The translations under genes were made by a program, and so were the position numbers. The notes beneath the pieces are model-generated. The model worked only from the letters and a program-made list of their open reading frames with translations, did no database searches and was not told the DNA's origin. A stretch of 63,871 nucleotides of DNA, the filler included, from Octopus bimaculoides (lineage: Eukaryota): assembly GCF_001194135.2 (NCBI RefSeq). It is 8 parts of 8 records of this genome, joined end to end, with 100 filler letters (N's around TTAATTAATTAA, not from the genome) between each part and the next. Parts side by side here need not be neighbours in the genome. Positions count along the whole stretch, not along the records: positions 49,428 to 57,183 come from NC_068987.1; positions 57,284 to 59,915 come from NW_026308695.1; positions 60,016 to 61,379 come from NW_026365960.1; positions 61,480 to 63,871 come from NW_026391151.1; 4 more parts are not named here. One strand, 5' to 3'. Shown piece by piece: positions 52,781 through 63,871 of the stretch (position 1 is its first letter; each line of letters begins with the position of its first letter).

Positions 52781-55149
52781 AATGTTTCTACCGATCTTGG
52801 CGGCCGTGAAACCGTCGACTGTTAACAAAGAGGAGCAGGTGTTAAAAATCCCCACTCATTTCTCTTCTTGGCCCTCCATCGTCATATGTCTGACATGCGG
52901 GAAAATCCATTTGAATTTTATAAGTGATAAACAAAGATTTTTGAGCAAGAGTAGAACTATAACAAAAACATTGAAAAAAAGAACAAGGATGAAAATATTT
53001 TTCATGAAAATTCAAAAAATATTGGTAAGAAACGAATGAATTTATCAAGCAGCCAAATATATATTCCTCAATGTTTGTATTTTATGACCTACATATGCTT
53101 GTTATTTCGTTTCTTAAAAGGGTCTCAAAAACATATGTCAAACGTAATCATATTAAATATCTTATTAATCGAATCAATCTATGCTTTATTACAGAATAAT
53201 TTCTAATTTCAAATGCATAACTTGAATAGAAGAACAATTACAGTATAATATTGTCAGTGTAATGTGATCCAGCATCATGCGTTTTATAAAATTACATTTA
53301 TGTATGAAATTGTCTCATAGTTGAATACATTATGGCTGCTTAATCACGGGAACAATCGAACATGGTAACTATGCTCCGACAAAATTCTATATGACTTGGT
53401 TCGTTTGTGATAAAGTCAATGAATTTAATGAAAAGTATGAATTCTAATTGAATTTCGCTGAGTAAATCATAGAAAGACATGATAACATGAACTATTTCAA
53501 TATTAAAAATTATTCACTGATCAAGCTATCACTAATTTTATAAACAAAATTTTAATTGCGTCTTTGAAATATGATTTTCCATATGCGTTTCTACTACACA
53601 TCTTCATATTAGAGTCTAGAATCTAATTCCAATCTTTTCTTAAGCACTCGGAATATTTGTGTATTTAAAATGTCGAGTAATTGACGGATAGAAAAGTTTG
53701 ACTGTCAAAAAGACTTCTGGTATTATTCCTCTATACCTACTATGTCTATTGAAATCGAACGAAAGAATAAAGCACCAGTATGATACTGGGACTGATGTAA
53801 TCGGCTATACTCCACAGCTATGTTTGGGAGCTTATTTTTATTTCATTATTTAATATTTATATGAAAGCTCTAAAGAAATAGAGTCGAGAAACAAAATCTT
53901 TATTCAATTTATTTTTGAAACTGAAATTCAACCGGTTTCGCGTTCACTTTTTTCCCTTTTTTAAAAATCCTTCTGCAATCAATATAAGCACCAGACGCTT
54001 AATGTAATCGATTCAATCAAATATACCACTTCAACCCAATTGTTTCGCTTCGATTCAATGTCGTCGTTGGTCGTTTGTGTATATGTACGAAATTGCTGAT
54101 ACCGTAGAATGTCAGTCAAATTGCGCTGTTGTGTTTAACTTTGGAACTATTTACAATCGTTACAAAAATCGATTTCGTTTTTCATCTCAACTGGATTACT
54201 GATACAAGAACAACTAAAATACTGAGACATCGGCATCCGCTAAATCCAATATTCGCTCAAAAAAGCCCAAGTCTAGATTAAGAAACATATATAAGTTTCT
54301 GTCATAGATGTATAATAACTTATAAACATAGATTTAAACTAAATGAGTATTCTATTATCGCCATTTACCAAGTACTATCTATTTGCTGATAAATGTAGTT
54401 GCATTACTGAAATGTTTCCAGTAATAAGTGTAGCACAAATTTCCTAATGTGAATTATATAGGACCAGTTATACAATATATTAGATTAGTGTTATATCGCA
54501 TTTATTTTGCAACAAAATCAATAGGGCATTATTTTATTAAATGCAATTTATTTTCCTATATTAACAAAGGGGTGATTTTGTTAAATTCAAAGAGCAAACA
54601 GACAAAATGTAACTATTCACTAACGCGTTCGAATGACTGTCCAGTACCTTCCCTCTTTAAGTTTCGCAACTCAAAGTAGTACAATATATTATATCTTAAC
54701 CACAAGTGTACTACAAACAGTTGATATAATCTTACAACTGGTAAGAAATTGAAATATGCGTGCAGTGTAGGATATTTATATGATGCAAAAACACATTGAA
54801 GCAAAGCATCTACCTACCTACCGTGCATTATGGTTTCCCTATTAAGTTATTGTAATATTCTGGAGATGACTATTGTCATGTACATTTATCAACGACAGTA
54901 CATTATATTATCCTCCAAAGCTTACTCCGAAACAATAAACCCTTGAATAAGACAGTTTTGTGTCTCGCATTGAACTGAAAATTCTTTAGTGAATGCTCGA
55001 TGATTTTATTTCTAATTTATTCGAAACTTCACCCGCAGTCTATTTTTAGAAATACTACATCCTTCTGATGGACAATTGGCTGCAATTTTATAGATACTAC
55101 TTAGAAATTATTGATTTGTATCCTCATAGACTAACAAAACTTCAATATT

Positions 55150-56200
55150 TATTTCTCTCTCGATGTGTTCTGATTTCCTCGTGCTTGTGTTACTCTACCC
55201 TTTCCATTCTGGAATTCTCTACAAGAGTATAATAAATCTCTGGTGTTTTCACTTACAATATTATTTCTGATGTTAATTCTATTGGCAAACTACATATTTT
55301 CCAGACTAATCGTAGTAATGGCTATTCTGTGTAGCACATTTGCCATCATTGCAATAACCGACGTCCGGTCAATACCACATCCAACATAAATCCCATCTAG
55401 CAGAGACTCGATGAACAAACATTTCAAATGTCTAATATGAAATAACATGACATTTTATCCTAAATATTTTTGAATAAATTCGTATAGTGATATTCTGTAA
55501 CACGTAATTTCAATTACTTTAAGCATTCGCCGAAAATAGCTACCGCAATGAAACACGAACATTATTATCATAGCAGTTGAAGATATATCTTTGCTGTAAC
55601 AGTATCACTTTGACACTTTAGGATGATTTTAAATTTATTTGCTAAATAAATTACATTAGTCTCCTTACTCCTGGAAATAATAAGAATTAATTTATTTCTG
55701 CTCTATATATATATTGATTTGTTATATACTAACATTCCGTGTACGATATATCTTTCTACATGGCTATTATTTTCATTAATTATTATTACCCTTGGCATTT
55801 ACTAATACCAACTTTGGTTACTATAGCTGAGCGCTGCAGATAGTTCCTTGTCAGCTATAACTTAAGGCCGTTGCAGTCTCTACCTGAATGCGATTTCGAT
55901 TTCACCATATTTTCCTGACTAGAAATTTTCGAAAGCATTTAGCACGGTACCTCATCACATTTCTTAGTGAACCAAATTTAGAATATTTTGGTTGCTGTTA
56001 CATGAATGCTGGAAAGTTATTGCTGCAATGATAAAAGATTCCATCAAATTTTGCAGTAAGGAACACGGTCTATCTCCTGGTAATGTAGTATTCGAGGAAA
56101 TTTCCTTTTCATACATACTCAGTCATCTTTTATAAAGCGGAAGACATATGATGATATTATTGCAAAACAAAACGTAAAATATTCTCCTTGTTTCATACTA
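55150..56200 (+). pseudogene. Probable decayed single-exon class A GPCR
   Basis: One frame gives TM1-ICL1 (LIVVMAILCSTFAIIAITDVRSIPHPT*) and, 83 codons after the GN-equivalent CS (55330), TM3 TNIIIIAVE. A 1-nt deletion at about 55581 restores ERY. The shifted frame continues through TM4/TM5-like blocks and FWLLLHECW (TGG at 56010) to a TM7-like block, with many in-frame stops. Confidence 0.5.
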
Positions 56201-56414
56201 ATTATTTTAGTTCATGTAAAAATAACATGTAGCAAAAGAGTTCAGATGAATGATTACATTCCTGCAAATTACTTTTGTAGTCCCTTATATATGTGATTTT
56301 GACTATGTGTACACACACACACACACACACATATATATTAAGTATATACTGTCACTTTTTATACGCTAGGCAGTTACATAATCATTTTAATGGTTATATC
56401 CTTAATTTATATAC

Positions 56415-56524
<110 letters not shown>

Positions 56525-56525
56525 T

Positions 56526-57112
56526 GTAGTGGTACAACAAAGCACCTATGTTTACTAGAAATGGCAGTCGATACATTTAGGACACTATAGTAAAGCTTTA
56601 ATGTGTATATACTGAAGCTTTATTATAGCATCGTAAATGTATCGACTGCTATTAGCAGTAAACATTGGTGCTTTGTTGTATCACGACTCTATATTTCTAC
56701 TTCTGCCTTTACGGTGCTTTATTGTATTAGAAAGTAATACATTTGTATTGCAATACTTTATTTTTCATTGAATATGTTTTCAGTTTTCTCGGTCTGATAA
56801 CGGCTAAGCGTTCAGGTGAGTATACTGGCATTCATGTAGCAACATTTGAAATATTGTCCACGTAAATCCGGTTGATGAAGACTAATCAAATTTACGATGA
56901 GAAACGTATTTTAAGAGTCCCAAACCTAGGTACTAGATTATCCGATTCTGGTTGTTTATTTTCATAATGTTCTTCCTAGAGGTAAGTTAATTTTTTTTGT
57001 TTGCTGCCATCAAACGTCTTTGCCAGTATATACACATTGAAGCTTTACTATAGCGTTGTAAATGTATCGACTGCTATTTCTAGTAAACATTAGTGCTTCG
57101 TTGTACCACTAC
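56526..57112. mobile_element. Long-TIR (fold-back) non-autonomous element embedded in AG/CT and TA microsatellites
   Basis: Arms of about 85 nt at 56526-56611 and 57027-57112 are reverse complements. A third inverted arm copy lies at 56614-56684. Confidence 0.75.
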
Positions 57113-57150
57113 TCTCTCTCTCTATATATATATATGTGTGTGGATGGATG

Positions 57151-57183
<33 letters not shown>

Positions 57184-57500
57184 NNNNNNNNNNNNNNNNN
57201 NNNNNNNNNNNNNNNNNNNNNNNNNNNTTAATTAATTAANNNNNNNNNNNNNNNNNNNNNNNNNNNNNNNNNNNNNNNNNNNNTGTACGGCAAGAAAGAC
57301 AAAGAAAAATGGAGAACATGGTACAGAATTATGAATACAAAGAACAAGAAATAACAACAGGTGTCTTTCGACTGAGAACGATTCAAATTGAGCTGGCCTG
57401 TATGGAGTGAAAGCCTGAAGGCAGGAACATGGGAGATGGACACAAGAGGTGTTGACAGGCAGCCGTCAGGCCAAGTGACAGGCCGCGTAGGTGCGGTCAG

Positions 57501-57800
57501 GCCGGTGACACATGAAAGGCACCCGCGCCGGTGACACATGAAAGGCACCCGCGCCGGTGACACATGAAAGGNNNNNNNNNNGTGACACATGAAAGGCACC
57601 CGCGCCGGTGACACATGAAAGGCACCCGCGCCGGTGACACATGAAAGGCACCTGTGCCGATGACGCATAAAAGGTACCAGTGCTGATAAAATGTAAAAGC
57701 ACTTATGCCAGTGACACATAAAAGGTACCCGTGCCGATGACATAGAAAAGGCACCATGGTAGTGACACCTAAAAGACACCCATGGCGGTGACATGTAAAA
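57501..57800. repeat. 26-nt minisatellite GCCGGTGACACATGAAAGGCACCCGC
   Basis: Identical units at the 5' side and progressively diverged units toward 57800. It runs into a family C tail. Confidence 0.9.
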
Positions 57801-58598
57801 AAGATCCGATATACTCTATGGAGTGGTTGCTGTTAGTAAGGGCATCCAGTTGTAAAAACGAAGCTAAAACAGACTAGAGCCTGGTGCAGTTCCAGTCAAA
57901 CCGTCCAACCCATGCCAGCATGGAAAACTGACATTAAATGATGAGGTGGATTAAAGTTAGCTTCTCGAGTCATACTAACTCATAAGGGCCGGTTTCTTGG
58001 TTTCATGGTGTATATTGGATGGGAAGCTGGTCCATCATGGGGTTACTCATTTTTGGCAGCTGAGCAGACTGGGGTAACATGAAATGAAGTGTTTTACTCA
58101 AGAACACATTTTGCCCAGTCCAGGAATTGAAACCAGAATCTTACAATCATGAGTCCAACACCCCTAACCACTATGCAACGTGCCTCTACACACTAAATGA
58201 CGACATGTGGCAATGTGGTAAGAAGCTTGCTTCCCAACCACATGGTTCCAGGTTCAGTCCCACTGTGTGGCACCTTGGGCAAGTGCCTTCTACTATAGCC
58301 TTGAACCAACCAAAGCCTTGTGAGTGGATTTGGTAGATGGAAACTGAAAGAAGCCCGTCGTATATATATATATATGTATATGTTTGTGTGTGTGTGTCTG
58401 TCCCCTCCCTCATTGCTTGACAACCGATGTTGGTGTGTTTATGTCCCTGTAACTTAATGGTTTGGCAAAAGAGACCAATAGAATAAGCACTAGACTTAGA
58501 AAGAATACGTCCTGGGGTCGATTTCTTCGACTAAAATCTTTTAAGGCAGTGCTCCAGCATGACCACAGTCAAATGACTGAAACAAATAAAATAATATA

Positions 58599-58629
<31 letters not shown>

Positions 58630-59207
58630 TTGTGCCTCAGTGTCTAGATACCATGCCACAGTTGTAAACAAGTGCCATTGTCGTACGAGCGGCATCATTA
58701 ATTTCCAGTCTTCTGTGAAAAATCTGTCCAGGCAAGGGGAAATATGACCTTGCTTGGAAAACAGGTGAGGGTTGGCAGCAGGAAGAGCATCCAGCTGTAA
58801 ATAATATGCCTTGAAAAATTCTGTTTGACTTATGCAAGCAAGAAATACTGGCCATTAAAATGACAATGGTATCACTTAATCCAAAATATTTATTTCTTGA
58901 TCAAATGCCTTATATATAATACATATAATACATATATAAATAAATAATATGAATGCTGTATTGTGATTTCATATTTTATTCCACAGTTTATCCGTCAGCT
59001 GAGTTATAAATGAATCTTGTAGTCATAAGATATTGTGTCATTGATTTTCTTCCATAGTTTTATCAATCAATTGTGTCATGAATAAATATTGCATCTAGAA
59101 TGTATTACAGCCTCGATAGTGTTCCATAGTTTTACTAATCGATTATTTTAATGAATAAGCATTGTATCTAGAATATCTTTTATTTGTTTCAATCATAGTT
59201 GGCCTAT

Positions 59208-59594
59208 AGTGGAGGTGCAATGGCCCAGTGGTTAGGGCAGCGGACTCGCGGTCATAGGATCGCGGTTTCGATTCCCAGACCGGCCGTTGTGTTTATTGAG
59301 CGAAAACACCTAAAGCTCCACGAGGCTCCGACAGGGGATGGTGGCGAACCCTGCTGTACTCTTTTCACCACAACTTTCTCTCACTCTTACTTCCTGTTTC
59401 TGTTGTGCCTGTAATTCAAAGGGTCAGCCTTGTCACACTCTGTGTCACGCTGAATATCCCCGAGAACTATGTTAACGGTACACGTGTCTGTGGAGTGCTC
59501 AGCCACTTGCATGTTAATTTCACAAGCAGGCTGTTCCATTGATAGGATCAACTGGAACCCTCGACGTCGTAAGCGACGGAGTGCCAACAACAAC
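59208..59594 (+). mobile_element. Full-length tRNA-derived SINE, family A, with TSD
   Basis: tRNA-like head with A box (tggcccagtggttag) and B box (gtttcgattcc), and a (CAA)n tail. 11-bp TSD AGTTGGCCTAT at 59197-59207 and 59595-59605. Confidence 0.92.
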
Positions 59595-60812
59595 AGTTGG
59601 CCTATGGAAAGTTCATGGTTTGACTATATGAAGGAGTGATGCTAGAGCTGTGAAATCTTTCCTATGAACTTTTCAACTGGACCTTGTACTTAAAATGTAC
59701 TGTCTTGAGCCTCAGGACGCCTAGGGTCAGTCGACTGGTTTCCATGGAGTGTAAATGACCAAAATCACAATGTTCGCCCTGAACGAAGCCCCGGTCTGTC
59801 ACAGGGTCATCCATTTACAGCTGGAGTGGACTGGAGCAATTTGTACATTAGAAAACCGTATTAATAATTTATTATTAATTATTTATTTCGTTAAGGCAGT
59901 AGACTAATAGAAACANNNNNNNNNNNNNNNNNNNNNNNNNNNNNNNNNNNNNNNNNNNNTTAATTAATTAANNNNNNNNNNNNNNNNNNNNNNNNNNNNN
60001 NNNNNNNNNNNNNNNAAAGCTTGCATTTGGCAGAGTTCATAGACAAAAACAATACCTACAACCTTAATATACCACCCAATCTTTATGCGCTATAAGGTCG
60101 ATAAGAGGGGTGGGGTATAAGGTCACAGGCAGTGTTCGCGGAAGATGATCTAAAAAGACTTCCGGTACTGGTGGAGGGGGGGGGGCTTACCACGGGCTAA
60201 TGGTGTCAATAAAGTATGAAAGTGATATTGTCTGCAAAAATTAGAAATAGGACACAAAAAAAATCAATATTCAAAGTAATTGAACATAAACAATGAAATG
60301 GGTTATTTCCCTTGAGTGTTTAAAAACAAATATTGTACAGGTACTATGGGTTATTTCCCTTGGGTGTTTAAAAGAAAATAGTTATATAAGGTTGATATAT
60401 AGGTCCCTTCCAGGGACCGTATTGATTTTATTCAACAATCTAGGTATGTCACGAGGTTTCTAGACATGAGTTCCACTCACGTGTCAAGTTTCATCAAAAT
60501 CAATAGGACTATGTTGGATGAGATAGCTAACAACACCACAAACAAACACGCATCAATTTTCCACATATGTAGTAAATGGAGGGGATTAATAAGTGGTATT
60601 CATCAATTTGAAGACATTGTATTATATCAATTTACATGTTTATTTGTTTACTAAAAGGACAATAATAACAATATACAAACACATGTGATATCAGTAATTA
60701 TAAAAATGACATATAGTGACAGAAAATGGGAATATATCTTAGAGCTGTTTCAGTCCAGAGGTGACATGCGTTCTTGTCTCATTTTGTATTTTATATATAT
60801 TTATATATATAT

Positions 60813-60848
<36 letters not shown>

Positions 60849-62813
60849 GTAGCGGCGTATGTACACTTTGGTCTCATATGCATATATATATACATATATA
60901 TATATAAGCAATAACACTCTGAGTGGATTATATATGTATATATACATACACACACACACACACACGCATATATATATATATATCACCATCATCATCATCG
61001 TCGTTTAATGTCTGCTTTCCATGCTAGCATTGTTGGAAGATTTGACTGAGGACTGGCGAAACCAGATGGCTACACCAGGTTCCAATCTGATTTGGCAGAG
61101 TTTCTACAGCTGGATGCCCTTCCTAACGCCAACCACTCAGAGAGTGTAGAGGGTGCTTTTACGTGCCACCGGCACGAAGGCCAGTCAGGCGGTACTGGCA
61201 ACGGCCACGCTCAAAATGGTGTATTTTATGTGTCACCCGCACAAGAGCCAGTCCAGGGGCACTGGCAACGATCTCGCTTGAAAGTCCTTAAATATGCCGT
61301 GGGCACATATATATGTATGTACATATATGTATATGTATCTATACATGTTGTTGTACTTGGGGATGGTCATATTGCCAGTNNNNNNNNNNNNNNNNNNNNN
61401 NNNNNNNNNNNNNNNNNNNNNNNTTAATTAATTAANNNNNNNNNNNNNNNNNNNNNNNNNNNNNNNNNNNNNNNNNNNNTTAATCGATCATTGTTCTTTG
61501 ATGCACTTTGTTGTTTCTAATCAAAACAGAGATGATGGAACGGATTAGTACAACACTTAGTTTATATGATAGATGTCACGCTTGTAGGCTTACGAAAAGT
61601 CTATGAAGTCGAACAGACTGGGTAAAGTGACGTACACTTGCAGTACATGGGCTATCAAATTAAAAGTTCTACGTGTATTGTTATAGAGCAACTCTAGAGG
61701 CATAGAGACCAGAATGGGTTTTAGTGCTGTTTAAGATTGTTTTTTACTGAGAGACAGGAATGGTTTCAAAAAAGTTTCTGATTTCGGTGGTAGTTAGAAT
61801 GGTGCATGTAGATATTTATGTTGCATGAGGGTTTTCTAAATTTTGTAGAGTGTTTAATGAAACGAGTTTTAAAAAGCGGGTATATATAGGCTGGTAATAT
61901 GAAAAATGAATAAATCTGGAGAATTTTGTGGATGCGTATACGAGTCTGATGCATCTTTGCAATGTTGCTTTAGTTGGCTTTTTTGTTTAAATTTTATAAT
62001 TGTCCTGTTGTAGCATTGGTGAGGTAAATGATGTAGTATAGGTTGGGTAGGTAATAAAAGTAGTTTAGTGATCGGTGNNNNNNNNNNTCAAACTGTTATT
62101 TATATTAGCGGTGTACCCGAAATTAGTGTGTATACATTAAAAGGTACTCTGCTTTAACTATACTAAACAAAAGTGTGTAAAAGTTTAGTTGTAGTGTGTA
62201 ACTTAATGGGACGATTAGGGAAGTATGTACACCCTTATTTTAATGCTCCCTCTTGCTGGTTGTAATCTTTAGTGCTTGCGTTACCAACCGCGGCTATTAT
62301 TGTTGTGAGAGTTATAACTTGTTGTGTCATTATACATTAAGTATTGTGTGTGACGGGGAAAGTATTTTTTAATTCCTAGATGTTTCAGGTTGTTTGTCTT
62401 GTATTTTAGTATCACCAGGTGTTATTTTTCTATGATTGCATACTACCTATCCTGGTTGCAGCTGTGCAATTTCAGTGAACATTGTTATTGTTGTTGTTTA
62501 TCTTCATGTCATCTCTAATCCAGTAAACCTGTGGTGAAATACATCACTACAATGAACACCTAGCTACCTCATATTTTATTAAGCGAAACAGTCCAGTGCT
62601 TTCTTCCACTTTTATGATCTGGTGTAGAGTCTTATAAATGTGATGAAATGGTCACAGCCAGCGATGTGGGATTTCTAGTGTCAGTCATAAGCAATCATTG
62701 ATGACCATGGTCAGTTATGATGGTTTATNNNNNNNNNNNNNNNNNNNNNNNNNNNNNNNNNNNNNNNNNNAATTACGATGTATTTTGTTTAGATTATCAG
62801 ATTTTTTTTTCAG

Positions 62814-62963
62814 AATGCAACCAATCCACAGTGTGCTTATTGGGATGAGTCCCCTGGACAAAATCCCCATTGGTCAACGTATGGTTGTAGTACATCCGAC
62901 TATGTACCAGGAAAGAAAGTATTGTGCTCCTGTAACCGCCTTGCAAGTTTTTCTGTACTAATG
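62814..62963 (+). CDS. Exon encoding GPS motif of a GAIN-domain protein (adhesion GPCR-like)
   Basis: TTTTTTTTTCAG| acceptor and ATG|GTTAGT donor, 150 nt, phase 0/0. Encodes NATNPQCAYWDESPGQNPHWSTYGCSTSDYVPGKKVLCSCNRLASFSVLM, with the C..W, WS..GC, C.C and F.VLM pattern. Confidence 0.88.
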
Positions 62964-63871
62964 GTTAGTAATATTAAAAATTGTTAATGATCTGTACTTT
63001 GGCAGCTGATGTTTAACCATTAAAAATTCTAAGGAATACTAACATAGTAGATTTTGTGTCGATGGCTGTTTTATTATACATGTAAGGTTGATATATTGTT
63101 AGAAGTTACTGTTGTTCTTGTTGTTATCGTTGTTGTTCATTAGNNNNNNNNNNNNNNNNNNNNNNNNNNNNNNNNNNNNNNNNNNNNNNNNCATGAAAAC
63201 TTCTCCAATATTGAGCTGAAGGAAACAGAGATCAACTGACCTCTCTCCTAGTATGAATATCTATTGTACCAAGACTGTCTAAATGGTAGACTAACTGATA
63301 GGTATCTAGTCAAGGCATCATAGATCTCCTGAGAATACTAAACATGTTTGCTCCCCTGGCATTAAACCGTTTATCTCTTTCTGATTCGTTACGAATTCAC
63401 TCCTCTCATTCACGAGAGTTCTCATGAATAATACATATGCTTTATTGACTTTCATGTCACTAATACCTGCCAGTTATACAACAATTCTGTTCCCTACAAC
63501 CATAAAACATACACTTGTCTATAGTACATAGTTTATCTGACAGAAATAATTGAACTAACTCAATATATAAGTCCATTCCAAACCGGTTCTAGTACCACCT
63601 AACATCACAACAACAGAAGAGCAAATAGTGGGGCCACTGATGTTGTTTCTGTCATTGTCCATGATGTCAGGAACATTACTAAATCAATTCAGTTTGTGGT
63701 CTCTATTACTGTGATTGTTTTCACTTCTGTTATTTTTGTTACCCAAGTAATTTTAATTTTACATTTCTTTCCGCATCTACATACTTATTCGTCTCATATT
63801 TCAAAACATATGTCCATCGAAAACGAGATGAATAACTTCTTAAGAAAGTTGTCGTTCATATTTTGTCATAA

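Noticed and set aside
59208-59280. Genuine tRNA genes at SINE heads
   Set aside because: The tRNA-like segments continue directly into SINE bodies with tails and TSDs and lack a proper acceptor stem and terminator.
61740-62450. Another Penelope-like ORF relic on the minus strand
   Set aside because: Only vague resemblance, too degraded to support by eye.

Overview
AT-rich, microsatellite- and SINE-dense animal genomic DNA. The repeat families and low-complexity content suggest an octopus-like coleoid cephalopod (inference). The window is not one contiguous locus: seven artificial 100-nt spacers (44 N + TTAATTAATTAA + 44 N) split it into eight pieces (1-15758, 15859-23059, 23160-42182, 42283-49327, 49428-57183, 57284-59915, 60016-61379, 61480-63871), and there are many ordinary N gaps. 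Piece 3 carries two divergently transcribed, spliced housekeeping genes: the 5' half of VPS53 (GARP/EARP subunit, + strand, 11 exons traced in frame from 32590 to 41339) and the 5' part of DHX37 (DEAH helicase, - strand, 4 exons found between 24063 and 29187). The last piece has an isolated exon encoding a GPS/GAIN motif of an adhesion-GPCR type whose two catalytic residues are both substituted. The rest is mostly decayed mobile DNA: Helitron, mariner, RTE LINE fragments and RTE-3' derivatives, Penelope-like relics with minimal hammerhead ribozyme cores, tRNA-derived SINEs, and piggyBac-, mariner- and Merlin-like MITEs. Two probable decayed class A GPCR pseudogenes are also present. Most ORFs in the supplied track are artefacts of N runs or dinucleotide repeats. 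I found no convincing new multi-gene system; the findings are individual leads.
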